From Polyangiales bacterium (lineage in GTDB: Bacteria > Myxococcota_A > Polyangia > Polyangiales > Polyangiaceae): a stretch of 64,000 bases of DNA. Of the stretch, positions 29,169 to 38,324 are shown piece by piece. The stretch lies in NCBI GenBank assembly GCA_038230375.1, contig JBBRNJ010000052.1:1-64000 (forward strand), read 5' to 3'. Every line of letters begins with the position of its first letter. The first letter of the stretch is position 1. Both the position numbers and the translations under genes were made by a program. A model generated the notes under the pieces. The model saw nothing but the letters and a program-made list of their open reading frames with translations. It ran no database searches and had not been told where the DNA came from.

Positions 29169-29870
29169 ATGTCGAATCGTCCGGCCAGCACCTACAGAGA
29201 GCTCCTTCGCAGCGGTCGCTGGTTCCATGGGCTTCCACTCCTTACGCAGGAGCGCATCCTCGAGATGGGCGTGGTGCGGACGTGGGCGCCCGCGCAGCGG
29301 CTCTTCGCGCAGGGCGAGCCGCCGAATGGTCTCTTTGCCGTGCTCGATGGCACCGTACGCCTGGTGACGTGCCGGCCCGATGGGCGCGAGGTACTGCTTG
29401 CACTCGCGCGCTGCCCCACGTGGCTTGGTGAGATCGGCTTCTTCGACGGCCAGCCGCGCTCCCACGATGCCGTTGCCGATGGAGAGGCGACCGCGCTTCA
29501 CCTGCCGCAGGAGTCGCTCGACGCGTGGCTCGCGGAGGATCCCGGATCGTGGAGGAGCCTGGGCGTGCTCCTCACGACGAAGATGCGCCTGGTCCTTTCG
29601 GCGATGGAGGAGGTGACCACGCTGCCGCTCTCCGCGCGCCTGGCCCGGCGCATCGTGCACATGGCAGAGAGCTATGGCGAAGCGCGCACAGGTACTGCGC
29701 GTGTGGTGATCGTGAAGCAAGAGGAGCTCGCGACCATGCTGTGGACGTCGCGACAGACCATCAATCGCTGCTTGAAGGAGCTGGAGCAGAAGAAGCTGGT
29801 CCTCCTGTCGTACGGCAAGATCGAGATCACGGATCTCGATGGCCTCCGGCGCGAGGCCGAAGGCACATGA
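29169..29870 (+). CDS. Crp/Fnr-family transcriptional regulator
   Basis: cNMP-binding fold (LFAQGEP..GLFAVLDG, GEIGFFDGQPRSHDA) and HTH QEELATMLWTSRQTINRCL. Confidence 0.92.
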   Translation: MSNRPASTYRELLRSGRWFHGLPLLTQERILEMGVVRTWAPAQRLFAQGEPPNGLFAVLDGTVRLVTCRPDGREVLLALARCPTWLGEIGFFDGQPRSHDAVADGEATALHLPQESLDAWLAEDPGSWRSLGVLLTTKMRLVLSAMEEVTTLPLSARLARRIVHMAESYGEARTGTARVVIVKQEELATMLWTSRQTINRCLKELEQKKLVLLSYGKIEITDLDGLRREAEGT

Positions 29871-29873
29871 CGC

Positions 29874-31739
29874 TCACTTCTTCGGCTTCGTGACCGGCGG
29901 CGGCGCGGCGGATGACGCAGGCGCGGCTGAAGACGAAGACGCGGGCGCGGCGGCCGACGGCTCTGCGGCGAGGATGGCCTCGAGCTTGTTCTTCACCGAG
30001 ACGGTGGTGAACGGGTCCTTGGCCGCGTCCATGAGCAGCGCGCGGCCGTCCTTCCGATCGAGCTTCAGGATGGTCTGTCCGACCGTCGCCGTGGCGATGG
30101 CCATGTCCTCCGACTCGGAGGCCGAGCGATACATCATGAAGAACGTGCGCAGCTGCGGGAGCTCGGACGTGGTGGCGGACACGAGCATCGCCGCGGCCAC
30201 GCGCTTCACGTCGTCGTCGGTGATGTTCGGGTCCGTGAGGTACGGCGCAAGCGCAGAGCTGGCCTTCGGCTCCTTCATCGCGGCAAGGGCCTCCGCCATG
30301 GGTCCCACGGGCGGCGAGACCAGCACGTCGCCCAGGAAATCGTAGTGCTTGGTGAGCGCCGTGAGCATGTATTGTGCACCTGATCGCCGCTGGGCGAGCG
30401 CGATGCGCGCGTCTTTGTCGACCACGGGCGGCGTGCGCGGATCGCGCGCCAGATCGACCAGGGTCTTCGTGGCGGACTCGTCCGGCAGCGTGGCGAGCTC
30501 ACGGAGGAGCAGGCGTTGCGCGGTGGCGAGCGTGGCCTCACGGTTGGTGACAGCCGTGGAGATCTGCTCGGAGAGCGTGCCCAGCGCGGGCGCGCTGCCC
30601 GTGGGCTTGTACGAGTCCAGGAAGACGACGCAGCTCTGGATCGGCTCGCCGAACGTGGTCTCCGTCAGGATGCCGCCGCTCTTCGCGTCGAACGAAGTGA
30701 CCTTGCCGTCTTCATCGCAGGTGACGAGACCGCCAGGGACGGCCTCTCCGCCGATGACGTCCGCCTTGTTCGTGTGCACCCACGCGAGCTTCCCGCTCTG
30801 CGAGTCGAAGCTCATGATCAGGCTGTAGTACGTCGCGAAGAAGCGGCTCGTGTCCACGCCATACGCCCCGACGGCACCGCCGGAAGGACGGGCGTAGAGG
30901 CGTGCCTGATCGAGCGCGTTCGCGACGACGGGGATGCGCTCGGTGCCAGGAACAAGGAGTCGCGGCGTACCAGGAAGCTCGCGCTGCGGGATGCCGATGT
31001 GCGAGGCGCCGTTCTTGGAGGCGTCCTTGATGTGGTCGTCGAAGCGGAAGATGCCGACCTCACCGAAGTAGAGCGCGGAGCTCTCCGTCCAGGCGCGGCT
31101 CACCTTCTCGCGCAGGGTCACGCGCCCCACCTCTTCGCCAGTGACGGCGTCGTATGCCGACACGTACTGGTTGGACCAGGGCACGAACACGTGCGCGCCG
31201 AGCATCGCAGGCACGCCCAGCACCTTGTCGGTCTCCACCTGGCGCTTCACGCTGCCGTCGCGTGCAATGACCAGGAGCACGGAGCCGGCGCTGTCCACCT
31301 TGCCGAGCGTGACCGCAGTGAGGTTGCCGTCGTCGCCAGCGCCGCGCACTGGAAGCCCACCCGTCGCGCGAGACCAGAGCTGCTTGCCCGTGGTCGCGTC
31401 AAGCGCGAAGACCTCGCCACCGCCGGAGCCCACGACGATGGAGCCCACGATCTGCGGGCGTGCATCCAGCGCGTGCGTGACGGTCCACTTCGCGCCGCCG
31501 GCCATCGGCATGCCGATGATCTTGTTCTTGGCAGACGTAGGGATGGCGAGGACAACGTCAGCGCCACGCGTGAATGGCGCGTCGCGGAGCTTGTTTCGCA
31601 CAGCGGCGATGGACGCGCCGCCGTCGTCGGACCACTCAGAGGAGAAGAGCTTCGGATGGAGATCGTTGCCACCGCAGCCGCCAACGGAGAGCGCAGAAGC
31701 AATCGCGGCGAGCGCGAGCTTCGAGACGACGGACCTCAC
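29874..31739 (-). CDS. Lipoprotein: PQQ-like beta-propeller repeats plus C-terminal HEAT-like helical repeats
   Basis: Lipobox GGC; VFALDATTGKQLW, AYDAVTGE and FDAKSG blades; GTGA-coupled to the upstream gene. Confidence 0.75.
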   Translation of the reverse strand: MRSVVSKLALAAIASALSVGGCGGNDLHPKLFSSEWSDDGGASIAAVRNKLRDAPFTRGADVVLAIPTSAKNKIIGMPMAGGAKWTVTHALDARPQIVGSIVVGSGGGEVFALDATTGKQLWSRATGGLPVRGAGDDGNLTAVTLGKVDSAGSVLLVIARDGSVKRQVETDKVLGVPAMLGAHVFVPWSNQYVSAYDAVTGEEVGRVTLREKVSRAWTESSALYFGEVGIFRFDDHIKDASKNGASHIGIPQRELPGTPRLLVPGTERIPVVANALDQARLYARPSGGAVGAYGVDTSRFFATYYSLIMSFDSQSGKLAWVHTNKADVIGGEAVPGGLVTCDEDGKVTSFDAKSGGILTETTFGEPIQSCVVFLDSYKPTGSAPALGTLSEQISTAVTNREATLATAQRLLLRELATLPDESATKTLVDLARDPRTPPVVDKDARIALAQRRSGAQYMLTALTKHYDFLGDVLVSPPVGPMAEALAAMKEPKASSALAPYLTDPNITDDDVKRVAAAMLVSATTSELPQLRTFFMMYRSASESEDMAIATATVGQTILKLDRKDGRALLMDAAKDPFTTVSVKNKLEAILAAEPSAAAPASSSSAAPASSAAPPPVTKPKK

Positions 31740-32698
31740 GAGCCACCTCCCGTCGCGATGACACCCTGGTCGATCGCCTGCTTCACGCGCTTGGACCATT
31801 TCGCGGGCCAGCGGCCCTGCACGTCCTTCAGGAACTTGTTCGCCTCCGCGGTCCCGAGCTCGCGGAGGCGACCGATGATCTTCACCTTGTTGTCGTCGTT
31901 GAGCTCGGTCTCGGGCCGGAAGATCATCTGATCGAACCCACCTGTCATGACGTCGAACGGGAGACGCCCGAGCTTGCCCATGAAGATCTCGCACTCTTCG
32001 GGTGAGCACAGCTGTCCGACGGAGGAGGCGGACTCGGCGATCTTGTGATCGAGCGCGTCCAGGAGATCCGGGACGGCCTCCTTGGCCTTGAGGGAGCCAA
32101 GGCCCGTGGCTGCAAGACCGCGCACCACGGCGTCGCTGTCGGAGAGCGAGACGCGGAGCGCCTTGATCGCCTCCGCGCCGCGCGTCCTTGCGAGCGCCTT
32201 CGCGGCGGCGCGGCGCACCTTCACATCGCGATGGCGCGCGTAGGGAGCGATCGCGACAGTGGCGTCCTGCGACTGGATGTCGCCGAGCGTGTCGCACGCG
32301 GTCTCTGCGAGCCCCGCCGATACGCCACGCTGAAGGAGCTTCACGATGGCAGGCACCGCGGGCGCTGCTGCCTTGCCCGCGAGGCGAACGTCGTCGAGCG
32401 CATTGCGAATCTGCGACTCGTCGGAGGATGCGAGCTTCTGCGAGAGCTCCGGCGTGAGAGAGAACATCGCCTGCGGATTGGCCGAGCTACCGGTGTTGAC
32501 GGGTGCAGGCGCGGGCTTCTTGGCAGGAGCAGCGGTGGCCTTCTTGCCGTCGCCCTTTCCACCGCCGGTCCCGTTACCGCCACCACCACCACCGCCACCA
32601 CCACCAGCCGCGAGCGCCGAGCCCGAGACGAGCGCGCACAGAGCAGCGCAGGCGACCAGCACCGTCGTGCGATTCCGTTTCGCGCGATTCGTTCCCAT
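31736..32698 (-). CDS. Exported HEAT-repeat protein
   Basis: Signal peptide, poly-Gly linker, HEAT repeats (VRRAAAKALA, VRGLAATGLG..KAKEAVPDL). Confidence 0.8.
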   Translation of the reverse strand: MGTNRAKRNRTTVLVACAALCALVSGSALAAGGGGGGGGGGNGTGGGKGDGKKATAAPAKKPAPAPVNTGSSANPQAMFSLTPELSQKLASSDESQIRNALDDVRLAGKAAAPAVPAIVKLLQRGVSAGLAETACDTLGDIQSQDATVAIAPYARHRDVKVRRAAAKALARTRGAEAIKALRVSLSDSDAVVRGLAATGLGSLKAKEAVPDLLDALDHKIAESASSVGQLCSPEECEIFMGKLGRLPFDVMTGGFDQMIFRPETELNDDNKVKIIGRLRELGTAEANKFLKDVQGRWPAKWSKRVKQAIDQGVIATGGGS

Positions 32699-32834
32699 CG
32701 ATTCCTCCCACCAGCAGCCAACAGCAGCAGCCCCGAGGACGCACGTGCGTCCTGCGACTCAGGGTCCGAACGGTCGCCAATAGCACGATTTCGGCGGTCT
32801 CTGTGGCGTTTCGTGCTACCCAAACCGCAGTCTC

Positions 32835-33479
32835 ATGAGTGATTCCTCACCTCCGCGAAGCCCAGGCCCGACCCTGAAGCGGCCGGTCTTCCTGCTCGTC
32901 GCGCTCGCGTTGACGATGCTCTTCGGCGCCGCGGGATGGATGTCTGGGTGCCAGACCATCGAGGAGTACCGCACGCCAGCCGACGCGTTCGAGCACCAGA
33001 TCGAGGTGCTGCCTACCGCGGAGGACCGCGACGCCGCGCGCGCGTCGTATGAGAAGTATCAGGCCACCATGGAGACGGCGAAGGTGCGCCAGTATCCTTT
33101 TGGTGTTGCCGAGTTCCTGTTGGGCGCAGCCATGCTGGCGCTCACCGCGCGCACGTTCGGCGGTCGCGCCGGAGCCCGCTCCATGCTCCTGCAGGTGACT
33201 ACCGCGCAGGCGGTCCTCCTGATTGTTGCGTACTTCGTCACGCGGGATGCGCGCGAGGCGTGGCTCGTGCACATAGGCGTGACGGGCAGCATGATGAGCC
33301 CACCCGACTCGGTCGAGCGTCTACTCTGGCGGCCCGGCATGGTGACCGCGGTGGCCTCCTCCGTCTGGTCCACGTGGATCTTGGTTCGAACGCTCCTCAG
33401 CGCCATGGCGATCGTGCTGCTCACGCGCAAGCAGACGACCGCGTTCACAGACGCGGGGGAGCCCGTATCGGAGCGCTGA
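32835..33479 (+). CDS. Hypothetical membrane protein upstream of mutL
   Basis: 214 aa, about 4 TM segments; ends 1 nt before mutL. Confidence 0.7.
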   Translation: MSDSSPPRSPGPTLKRPVFLLVALALTMLFGAAGWMSGCQTIEEYRTPADAFEHQIEVLPTAEDRDAARASYEKYQATMETAKVRQYPFGVAEFLLGAAMLALTARTFGGRAGARSMLLQVTTAQAVLLIVAYFVTRDAREAWLVHIGVTGSMMSPPDSVERLLWRPGMVTAVASSVWSTWILVRTLLSAMAIVLLTRKQTTAFTDAGEPVSER

Positions 33480-33480
33480 C

Positions 33481-35244
33481 TTGAGCAAGGTCAAGCGCCT
33501 TCCCGATGACCTCGCCAACAAGATCGCTGCGGGCGAGGTGGTGGAGCGGCCTGCGAGCGTCGTGAAGGAGCTCGTGGAGAACGCCCTTGATGCCGGCGCC
33601 ACGCGCGTTCGCGTCGAGGCGGACCAGGGCGGGATGGCGCGCATCGTCGTATCCGACGACGGCGATGGCATGACCCGCGAGGACGCGCTGCTGTCGCTGC
33701 TTCGTCATGCCACCTCGAAGATTCGCGTCTTCGACGATCTGATGCACCTCGTGTCGTTCGGCTTCCGCGGCGAAGCACTGCCGAGCATCGCTTCCGTGTC
33801 GCACCTCACGATGTACACAAGGCCACGGCTCAAGGCCGAGGGCACCAAGATCACGGCGCCGGACAACGCCGCGGGCCAGCCGCAGGCCATCCCCGCGGGG
33901 TGTTCGCCTGGCACCACCGTGGAGGTGTCCGAGCTGTTCTACAACGTGCCTGCTCGCCGCAAGTTCCTGAAGAGTACGGCGACGGAGGCGGCGCACATCT
34001 CGGAGGTCATGCAGTCGGCGGCGCTCTCACGGCCAGAGGTGACATTCGAGCTGCATCGCGACGGACGCCTGGTACGCATGTTCGCGCGCGCGGACAGCCG
34101 CGACCTGCGCGCCCAGGACGCGCTCGGCGGTGAGGAGCTCCTGGCCGCACGCGCCACGCGCGCTGGTGTGTCGATCGAGGCCTTCGTGAGCCGACCCGAG
34201 CGCTCGCGCGTGGGCGCCGCGTCCCTGCACTTCGTGGTGAACGGCCGCGTCGTCAGGGATCGCGCCCTGGCCCGCGCGGTCGCCCAGGCGTACGGTCCGC
34301 TGCTGGAGCCCGGCCGCTACCCGATAGGTGTAGTCTACATAGATATGGCGCCCGAGCAGGTGGACGTGAACGTGCACCCGCAGAAGACGGAGATCCGGTT
34401 CGAGAACGGCCGCGGCCTCTACGACCTGCTCTCGCGCGAGCTGGGCGCGCAGCTGTCGCGCGTGCTCGTGATCCCCGCCCGCGGATTCTCCCCATTCCAC
34501 GCGCAGGCCCCGATCCCCACGACCACGCAGAAGAGCGCCGCGCTGACGGATGCGCGGGACGCAGCGATGCGCACGACCGTCGCGACCGGCGCGCTCGCCC
34601 AGGCACTGGACGGCGCAGTGGGCCCCGGCCCCACGCCGAGCCACCAGGAAGGCGTTCTGCCCGGACCGGACTTCTATGGCAGCCTTCGCTTCCTTGGCCA
34701 GGCGGGCGGGACGTATCTGGTCTGCGAAGGGCATGACGGCCTCTACGTGCTCGATCAGCATGCAGCTGCGGAGCGCGTGACCTTCGACCGCCTTCGCAAC
34801 GCGTACGCAAACAAGAGCGTGCCCATGCAGCGGCTCCTCGTGCCCGAGACGCTCGCCGTCAGCCCCGAGGAGGCGGAGCTCGTGGAGGAGAACGAGAGCC
34901 GCGTCCTGGAGCTGGGTGTGGACCTGCGGCGCGTGGGACCACAGACGATCGCCATCAGCGGCGTACCGCGGCTGCTGCGCAGTTCGCCAGAATGCATCGC
35001 GCGCGACCTGCTCGGGGAGCTCACGCATGCGTCTGCATATTCGTTCTCGGGCGCAATCGATCTGGTCCTGGCGACCATGGCGTGTCACGGGTCGATCCGC
35101 GCTGGCGACGCGCTTGCCTACGAGGAAGTGCAGGCGCTGCTGGAGGCGCTCCGCGACATCGACTTCTCTGGTCACTGTCCGCATGGCAGGCCCGTGGTGT
35201 TCCGCATGTCGTTCGACGAGCTAGGTCGCCGTGTCGGCCGCTGA
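33481..35244 (+). CDS. mutL: DNA mismatch repair endonuclease MutL
   Basis: KIAAGEVVERPASVVKELVENALDAGA, GFRGEAL, DVNVHPQK, DQHAAAER and CPHGRP motifs. Confidence 0.97.
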   Translation: MSKVKRLPDDLANKIAAGEVVERPASVVKELVENALDAGATRVRVEADQGGMARIVVSDDGDGMTREDALLSLLRHATSKIRVFDDLMHLVSFGFRGEALPSIASVSHLTMYTRPRLKAEGTKITAPDNAAGQPQAIPAGCSPGTTVEVSELFYNVPARRKFLKSTATEAAHISEVMQSAALSRPEVTFELHRDGRLVRMFARADSRDLRAQDALGGEELLAARATRAGVSIEAFVSRPERSRVGAASLHFVVNGRVVRDRALARAVAQAYGPLLEPGRYPIGVVYIDMAPEQVDVNVHPQKTEIRFENGRGLYDLLSRELGAQLSRVLVIPARGFSPFHAQAPIPTTTQKSAALTDARDAAMRTTVATGALAQALDGAVGPGPTPSHQEGVLPGPDFYGSLRFLGQAGGTYLVCEGHDGLYVLDQHAAAERVTFDRLRNAYANKSVPMQRLLVPETLAVSPEEAELVEENESRVLELGVDLRRVGPQTIAISGVPRLLRSSPECIARDLLGELTHASAYSFSGAIDLVLATMACHGSIRAGDALAYEEVQALLEALRDIDFSGHCPHGRPVVFRMSFDELGRRVGR

Positions 35245-36157
35245 GCGCAGCGCAGAGTTGGTTGTAGTGGTGGTGTTCGCACGCGCGAGGCGCGCGAACG
35301 AAGAAGGACGCGTGATCGCTCTCGTCGGTCCCACGGCCAGCGGCAAGACGGAGCTGGCGCTGATGCTTGCGGAGGCTCTTGGCGGGGAGATCGTGAGCGC
35401 CGACAGCGTGCAGATCTACGAGCGCTTCGACATTGGCTCCGGCAAGCCATCGGCGGACGAGCTGCGCCGCGCGCCGCACCACCTGATCGGTACCATCGCA
35501 CCGCTCGCGGCGGTCGACGCGGCTCGCTTCGCAGAGCTGGCCCTGCTTGCCATCAACGACGTGCGCGCCCGCGGACGGGTCCCCATCGTGTGCGGCGGCA
35601 CGTTCCTCTGGCAGAAGGCCCTGTTCTTTGGCCTGGCAGAGGCGCCGCCGCCCAGCCCGGAGATCCGCGCGCGTCACAAGGCGCTCGCGGATGCGGAAGG
35701 ACGGGCTGCTCTGCACGCGAAGCTGGCAGAAGTGGATCCGAGCTCCGCGCAACGTCTTCACCCGAACGACTTCCTGCGCGTGAGCCGCGCACTGGAGATC
35801 TTCGAGCAGACGGGAGAGCGGCAGTCCGACGTGCACGACCGGCACGCGTTCAAGGAGACGCGCCTTGCACCCACGTTCATCGCGACCGCGGTCATGCCGG
35901 AGGAGCTCACTGCGCGCATCGAGCGGCGCGTGGCTTCGTTCCTTTCGCGCGGGCTCGTGGACGAGGTGCGGGCGCTGGTGGCGGACGGTTTCGGCGAGGC
36001 ACGCGCCATGGGCGCCGTTGGCTACAAGGAGACACGCGCGTTCCTCGCAGGCGAGCTGCCAGAGTCAGAGCTGCCCGACGCGATCGTTCGCGCGACACGT
36101 GTGTATGCGCGACGCCAGCGCACGTGGCTGAACCACGTGGCCGTCACGTACGTGTGA
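35231..36157 (+). CDS. miaA: tRNA dimethylallyltransferase
   Basis: GPTASGKT, SADSVQIY, DIGSGKP, GGT, RALE, YARRQRTW; follows mutL. True start may be GTG 35312. Confidence 0.95.
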   Translation: MSAAERSAELVVVVVFARARRANEEGRVIALVGPTASGKTELALMLAEALGGEIVSADSVQIYERFDIGSGKPSADELRRAPHHLIGTIAPLAAVDAARFAELALLAINDVRARGRVPIVCGGTFLWQKALFFGLAEAPPPSPEIRARHKALADAEGRAALHAKLAEVDPSSAQRLHPNDFLRVSRALEIFEQTGERQSDVHDRHAFKETRLAPTFIATAVMPEELTARIERRVASFLSRGLVDEVRALVADGFGEARAMGAVGYKETRAFLAGELPESELPDAIVRATRVYARRQRTWLNHVAVTYV

Positions 36158-36159
36158 CC

Positions 36160-36840
36160 TCAGTCGATACGCAGCACGACCACACGCCCGGTCGTGGTCT
36201 GGACGGTGCGTTCGTGGATGCAGCGAAAGCGACGCAGCGGCTTCTTCGCCTCGCGCATCTCTTCGTCTGCGCGCTGGCCCTTGATGAACAAGAGCTTCCC
36301 GCCCCTACGCGCGAACGGCCCGGTCCATGGGAGCAGCGCCTGCATCTTCCCGACAGCGCGCGCCGTGACCGCATCGTAGGTGCCGGCGCGGGGTGAGGCG
36401 ACCAGCTCCTCGGCGCGCTCTGCGAGCACCTTCACATTGGAGAGACCCAGCGCGGCAGCGACCGCGACGAGGAACGCAGCCTTCTTCTGTGTCGCTTCGA
36501 CCAGCGTGACCTCGATGTCAGGCCGCGCGATGGCGAGCGGAATGCCGGGCACGCCGCCGCCAGAGCCCACGTCGATGAGCCTCCCGCCGGCGCGCAGGAA
36601 CGAGAGCTCCGGCACGATCGAGAGCGCGTCGAGCGCATGCCTGGTCCACGCCTCGTCGGGGGACGTGATCGCCGTCAGGTTCATCTGCTCGTTCATGGCG
36701 AGCAAACGCGCAAGGTAGTCACCCATGAGCGCGAGCTGCCCGCGGTCGAGCGTCACGCCGAGGCCCGCAAGACCTTCGATGAAATGCGCAGGCGCCTCGA
36801 ACGGTGTCGAGGCAACGAGCTTGAGAGGTTCGCGCTCCAC
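36160..36840 (-). CDS. rsmG: 16S rRNA m7G527 methyltransferase
   Basis: MNLTAI, HALDAL, DVGSGGGVPGIPLAI, KKAAFL, RAEE and TARAV motifs. Confidence 0.93.
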   Translation of the reverse strand: MEREPLKLVASTPFEAPAHFIEGLAGLGVTLDRGQLALMGDYLARLLAMNEQMNLTAITSPDEAWTRHALDALSIVPELSFLRAGGRLIDVGSGGGVPGIPLAIARPDIEVTLVEATQKKAAFLVAVAAALGLSNVKVLAERAEELVASPRAGTYDAVTARAVGKMQALLPWTGPFARRGGKLLFIKGQRADEEMREAKKPLRRFRCIHERTVQTTTGRVVVLRID

Positions 36841-36842
36841 GC

Positions 36843-37709
36843 TCAGATGGACAGCGACGAGTCGAGGATATCGCCGAACGACGACTCCTCTGCCGCGGCG
36901 ATCTCGCCTTCGATCTTGGCGACCTCGGCGTTGGGCCGGATCTCCGGACGCATCACCTGTGCGGGTCCACCCGGCGGACCACCCGCGATCGGCTGACCCG
37001 GCGAAGCCGTCAGCGTCACGGCGGGCACCTGAGATGCGGCAGACGGGACAGCAGGAGCTTGCGTGCGCGGCGGTGGCTGCAGATGGGCGGGCGGCGGGAC
37101 GACGGACGGCGTGCGAGGCGCTTCGAGACCAGGCTCACGCCATCCACCGACCTGCGGCTCGCCCATGGGCGGGGCGCTCGGTCGGCGCTCGGAGGCCAGC
37201 GGGGGCGCGGGTGAAGGAGATGCTGCGATCTGACGACCGGACTCCGGCGGCGGTGTGTGGCGTGGCGGATTCTCCGCGTACTCGTCGTGCTCCTCTTCCT
37301 GGGAGAGCGCGACAGGACGCCTGGACGAGACGGGAGCTTGCTGGTCTGCCTCTTCGTGGCCCGCTTGCTCCTGCGCGGCAGCGGCAGCCAGTTCATCGTG
37401 CATGGCCTCGTCGCCCTCGTCGACGTCAACCTCGACAACCTCCGTGGAGACCTCCACGTCGGTGTCCATGTACTCCTCGGACTCCTCGACAGTGAGCTCG
37501 GGCGCGGAGCCAGCGAGCGGTCGCATCGGCGGGATGGCGATGGCGGGCGCGGGCACGGCGGCGGCGGCGGCGGCGAAATGTGCGGCGGGTGCGGCGGGTG
37601 CGGCGGGTGCGGCAGCAGCAAGTAGGCCGGACGCGGGGCGCGGCAATGCGGCGCGCTGCGCGACACGCGCAAGGAGCGCTTCGAGCTTCTCGACGCGCGC
37701 AGCGCTCAC
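36843..37709 (-). CDS. Largely disordered acidic/Pro-rich protein
   Basis: GTGA-coupled to the upstream gene; N-terminal helix RVEKLEALLARV; C-terminal SFGDILDSSLSI. Confidence 0.7.
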   Translation of the reverse strand: MSAARVEKLEALLARVAQRAALPRPASGLLAAAAPAAPAAPAAHFAAAAAAVPAPAIAIPPMRPLAGSAPELTVEESEEYMDTDVEVSTEVVEVDVDEGDEAMHDELAAAAAQEQAGHEEADQQAPVSSRRPVALSQEEEHDEYAENPPRHTPPPESGRQIAASPSPAPPLASERRPSAPPMGEPQVGGWREPGLEAPRTPSVVPPPAHLQPPPRTQAPAVPSAASQVPAVTLTASPGQPIAGGPPGGPAQVMRPEIRPNAEVAKIEGEIAAAEESSFGDILDSSLSI

Positions 37710-38263
37710 GCGCCACCTCCGGTGGAGAGACGACCGAGGATGTCGCCCCAGGCGGTGCCGCCGGTGAGCAGCTCCTTCACGCGCTTGCACGTGGCTTCGC
37801 TCGCGATGAGCACGCGCGCCGTGCTGCCCTGGCGAACGAGCGTCACGCCCGCGACCAGCTTGCCGACCGCGGCGGACATGGCGCCATCCACGATGCCCGC
37901 GAGGAGCACGTCGTCGTCGACCGCGGTGTTCTCGACAGCGACAACGAGGGCCTTGCCCCACCGCTCGAGGCTGACGAGACCGACGCCGGTGACGGAGAGC
38001 TCGCCTGCGAGCTCCGTGACGACCGCCTCGATGGAGGCACGACGGACGCTGTCACCGCCACCAAGTCTGGCAGCAACGCGCGTACCGCATGCTTTTCCGA
38101 TGGCCTGGCCAAGGCGTCGCGCCTGATCTTCCGAGCCGCGCACGAGCTCGGAGAGCGCGTTGGCGGGCACGAGAAGCAGCCGCGCCTTGGATGCGTCATG
38201 CGTCGCTCCGCGAGCGATGTCGAAGACAACTGCGTGTTTCGGGTCGAAGGAGGGAGACGCCAT
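37706..38263 (-). CDS. V4R/Bet3-like domain protein
   Basis: RLLLVPANAL, RRLGQAIG, G.G....ERW and LLAGIVDGAMS..VG segments resemble the V4R fold; GAGGT RBS. Confidence 0.55.
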   Translation of the reverse strand: MASPSFDPKHAVVFDIARGATHDASKARLLLVPANALSELVRGSEDQARRLGQAIGKACGTRVAARLGGGDSVRRASIEAVVTELAGELSVTGVGLVSLERWGKALVVAVENTAVDDDVLLAGIVDGAMSAAVGKLVAGVTLVRQGSTARVLIASEATCKRVKELLTGGTAWGDILGRLSTGGGA

Positions 38264-38294
38264 TGGACCTCTCGCGAAAATTCGCTGGAATTCC

Positions 38295-38324
38295 GTTATA
38301 AAGGGGTTGGAAACAACCTGTCAA
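38295..38324 (-). promoter_or_regulatory. Near-consensus sigma70 promoter
   Basis: TTGACA-N18-TATAAC in an AT-rich patch, about 30 nt before ATG 38263. Confidence 0.7.

Noticed and set aside
33481..36157. mutL-miaA adjacency as novel
   Set aside because: This is a well-known conserved gene pair.
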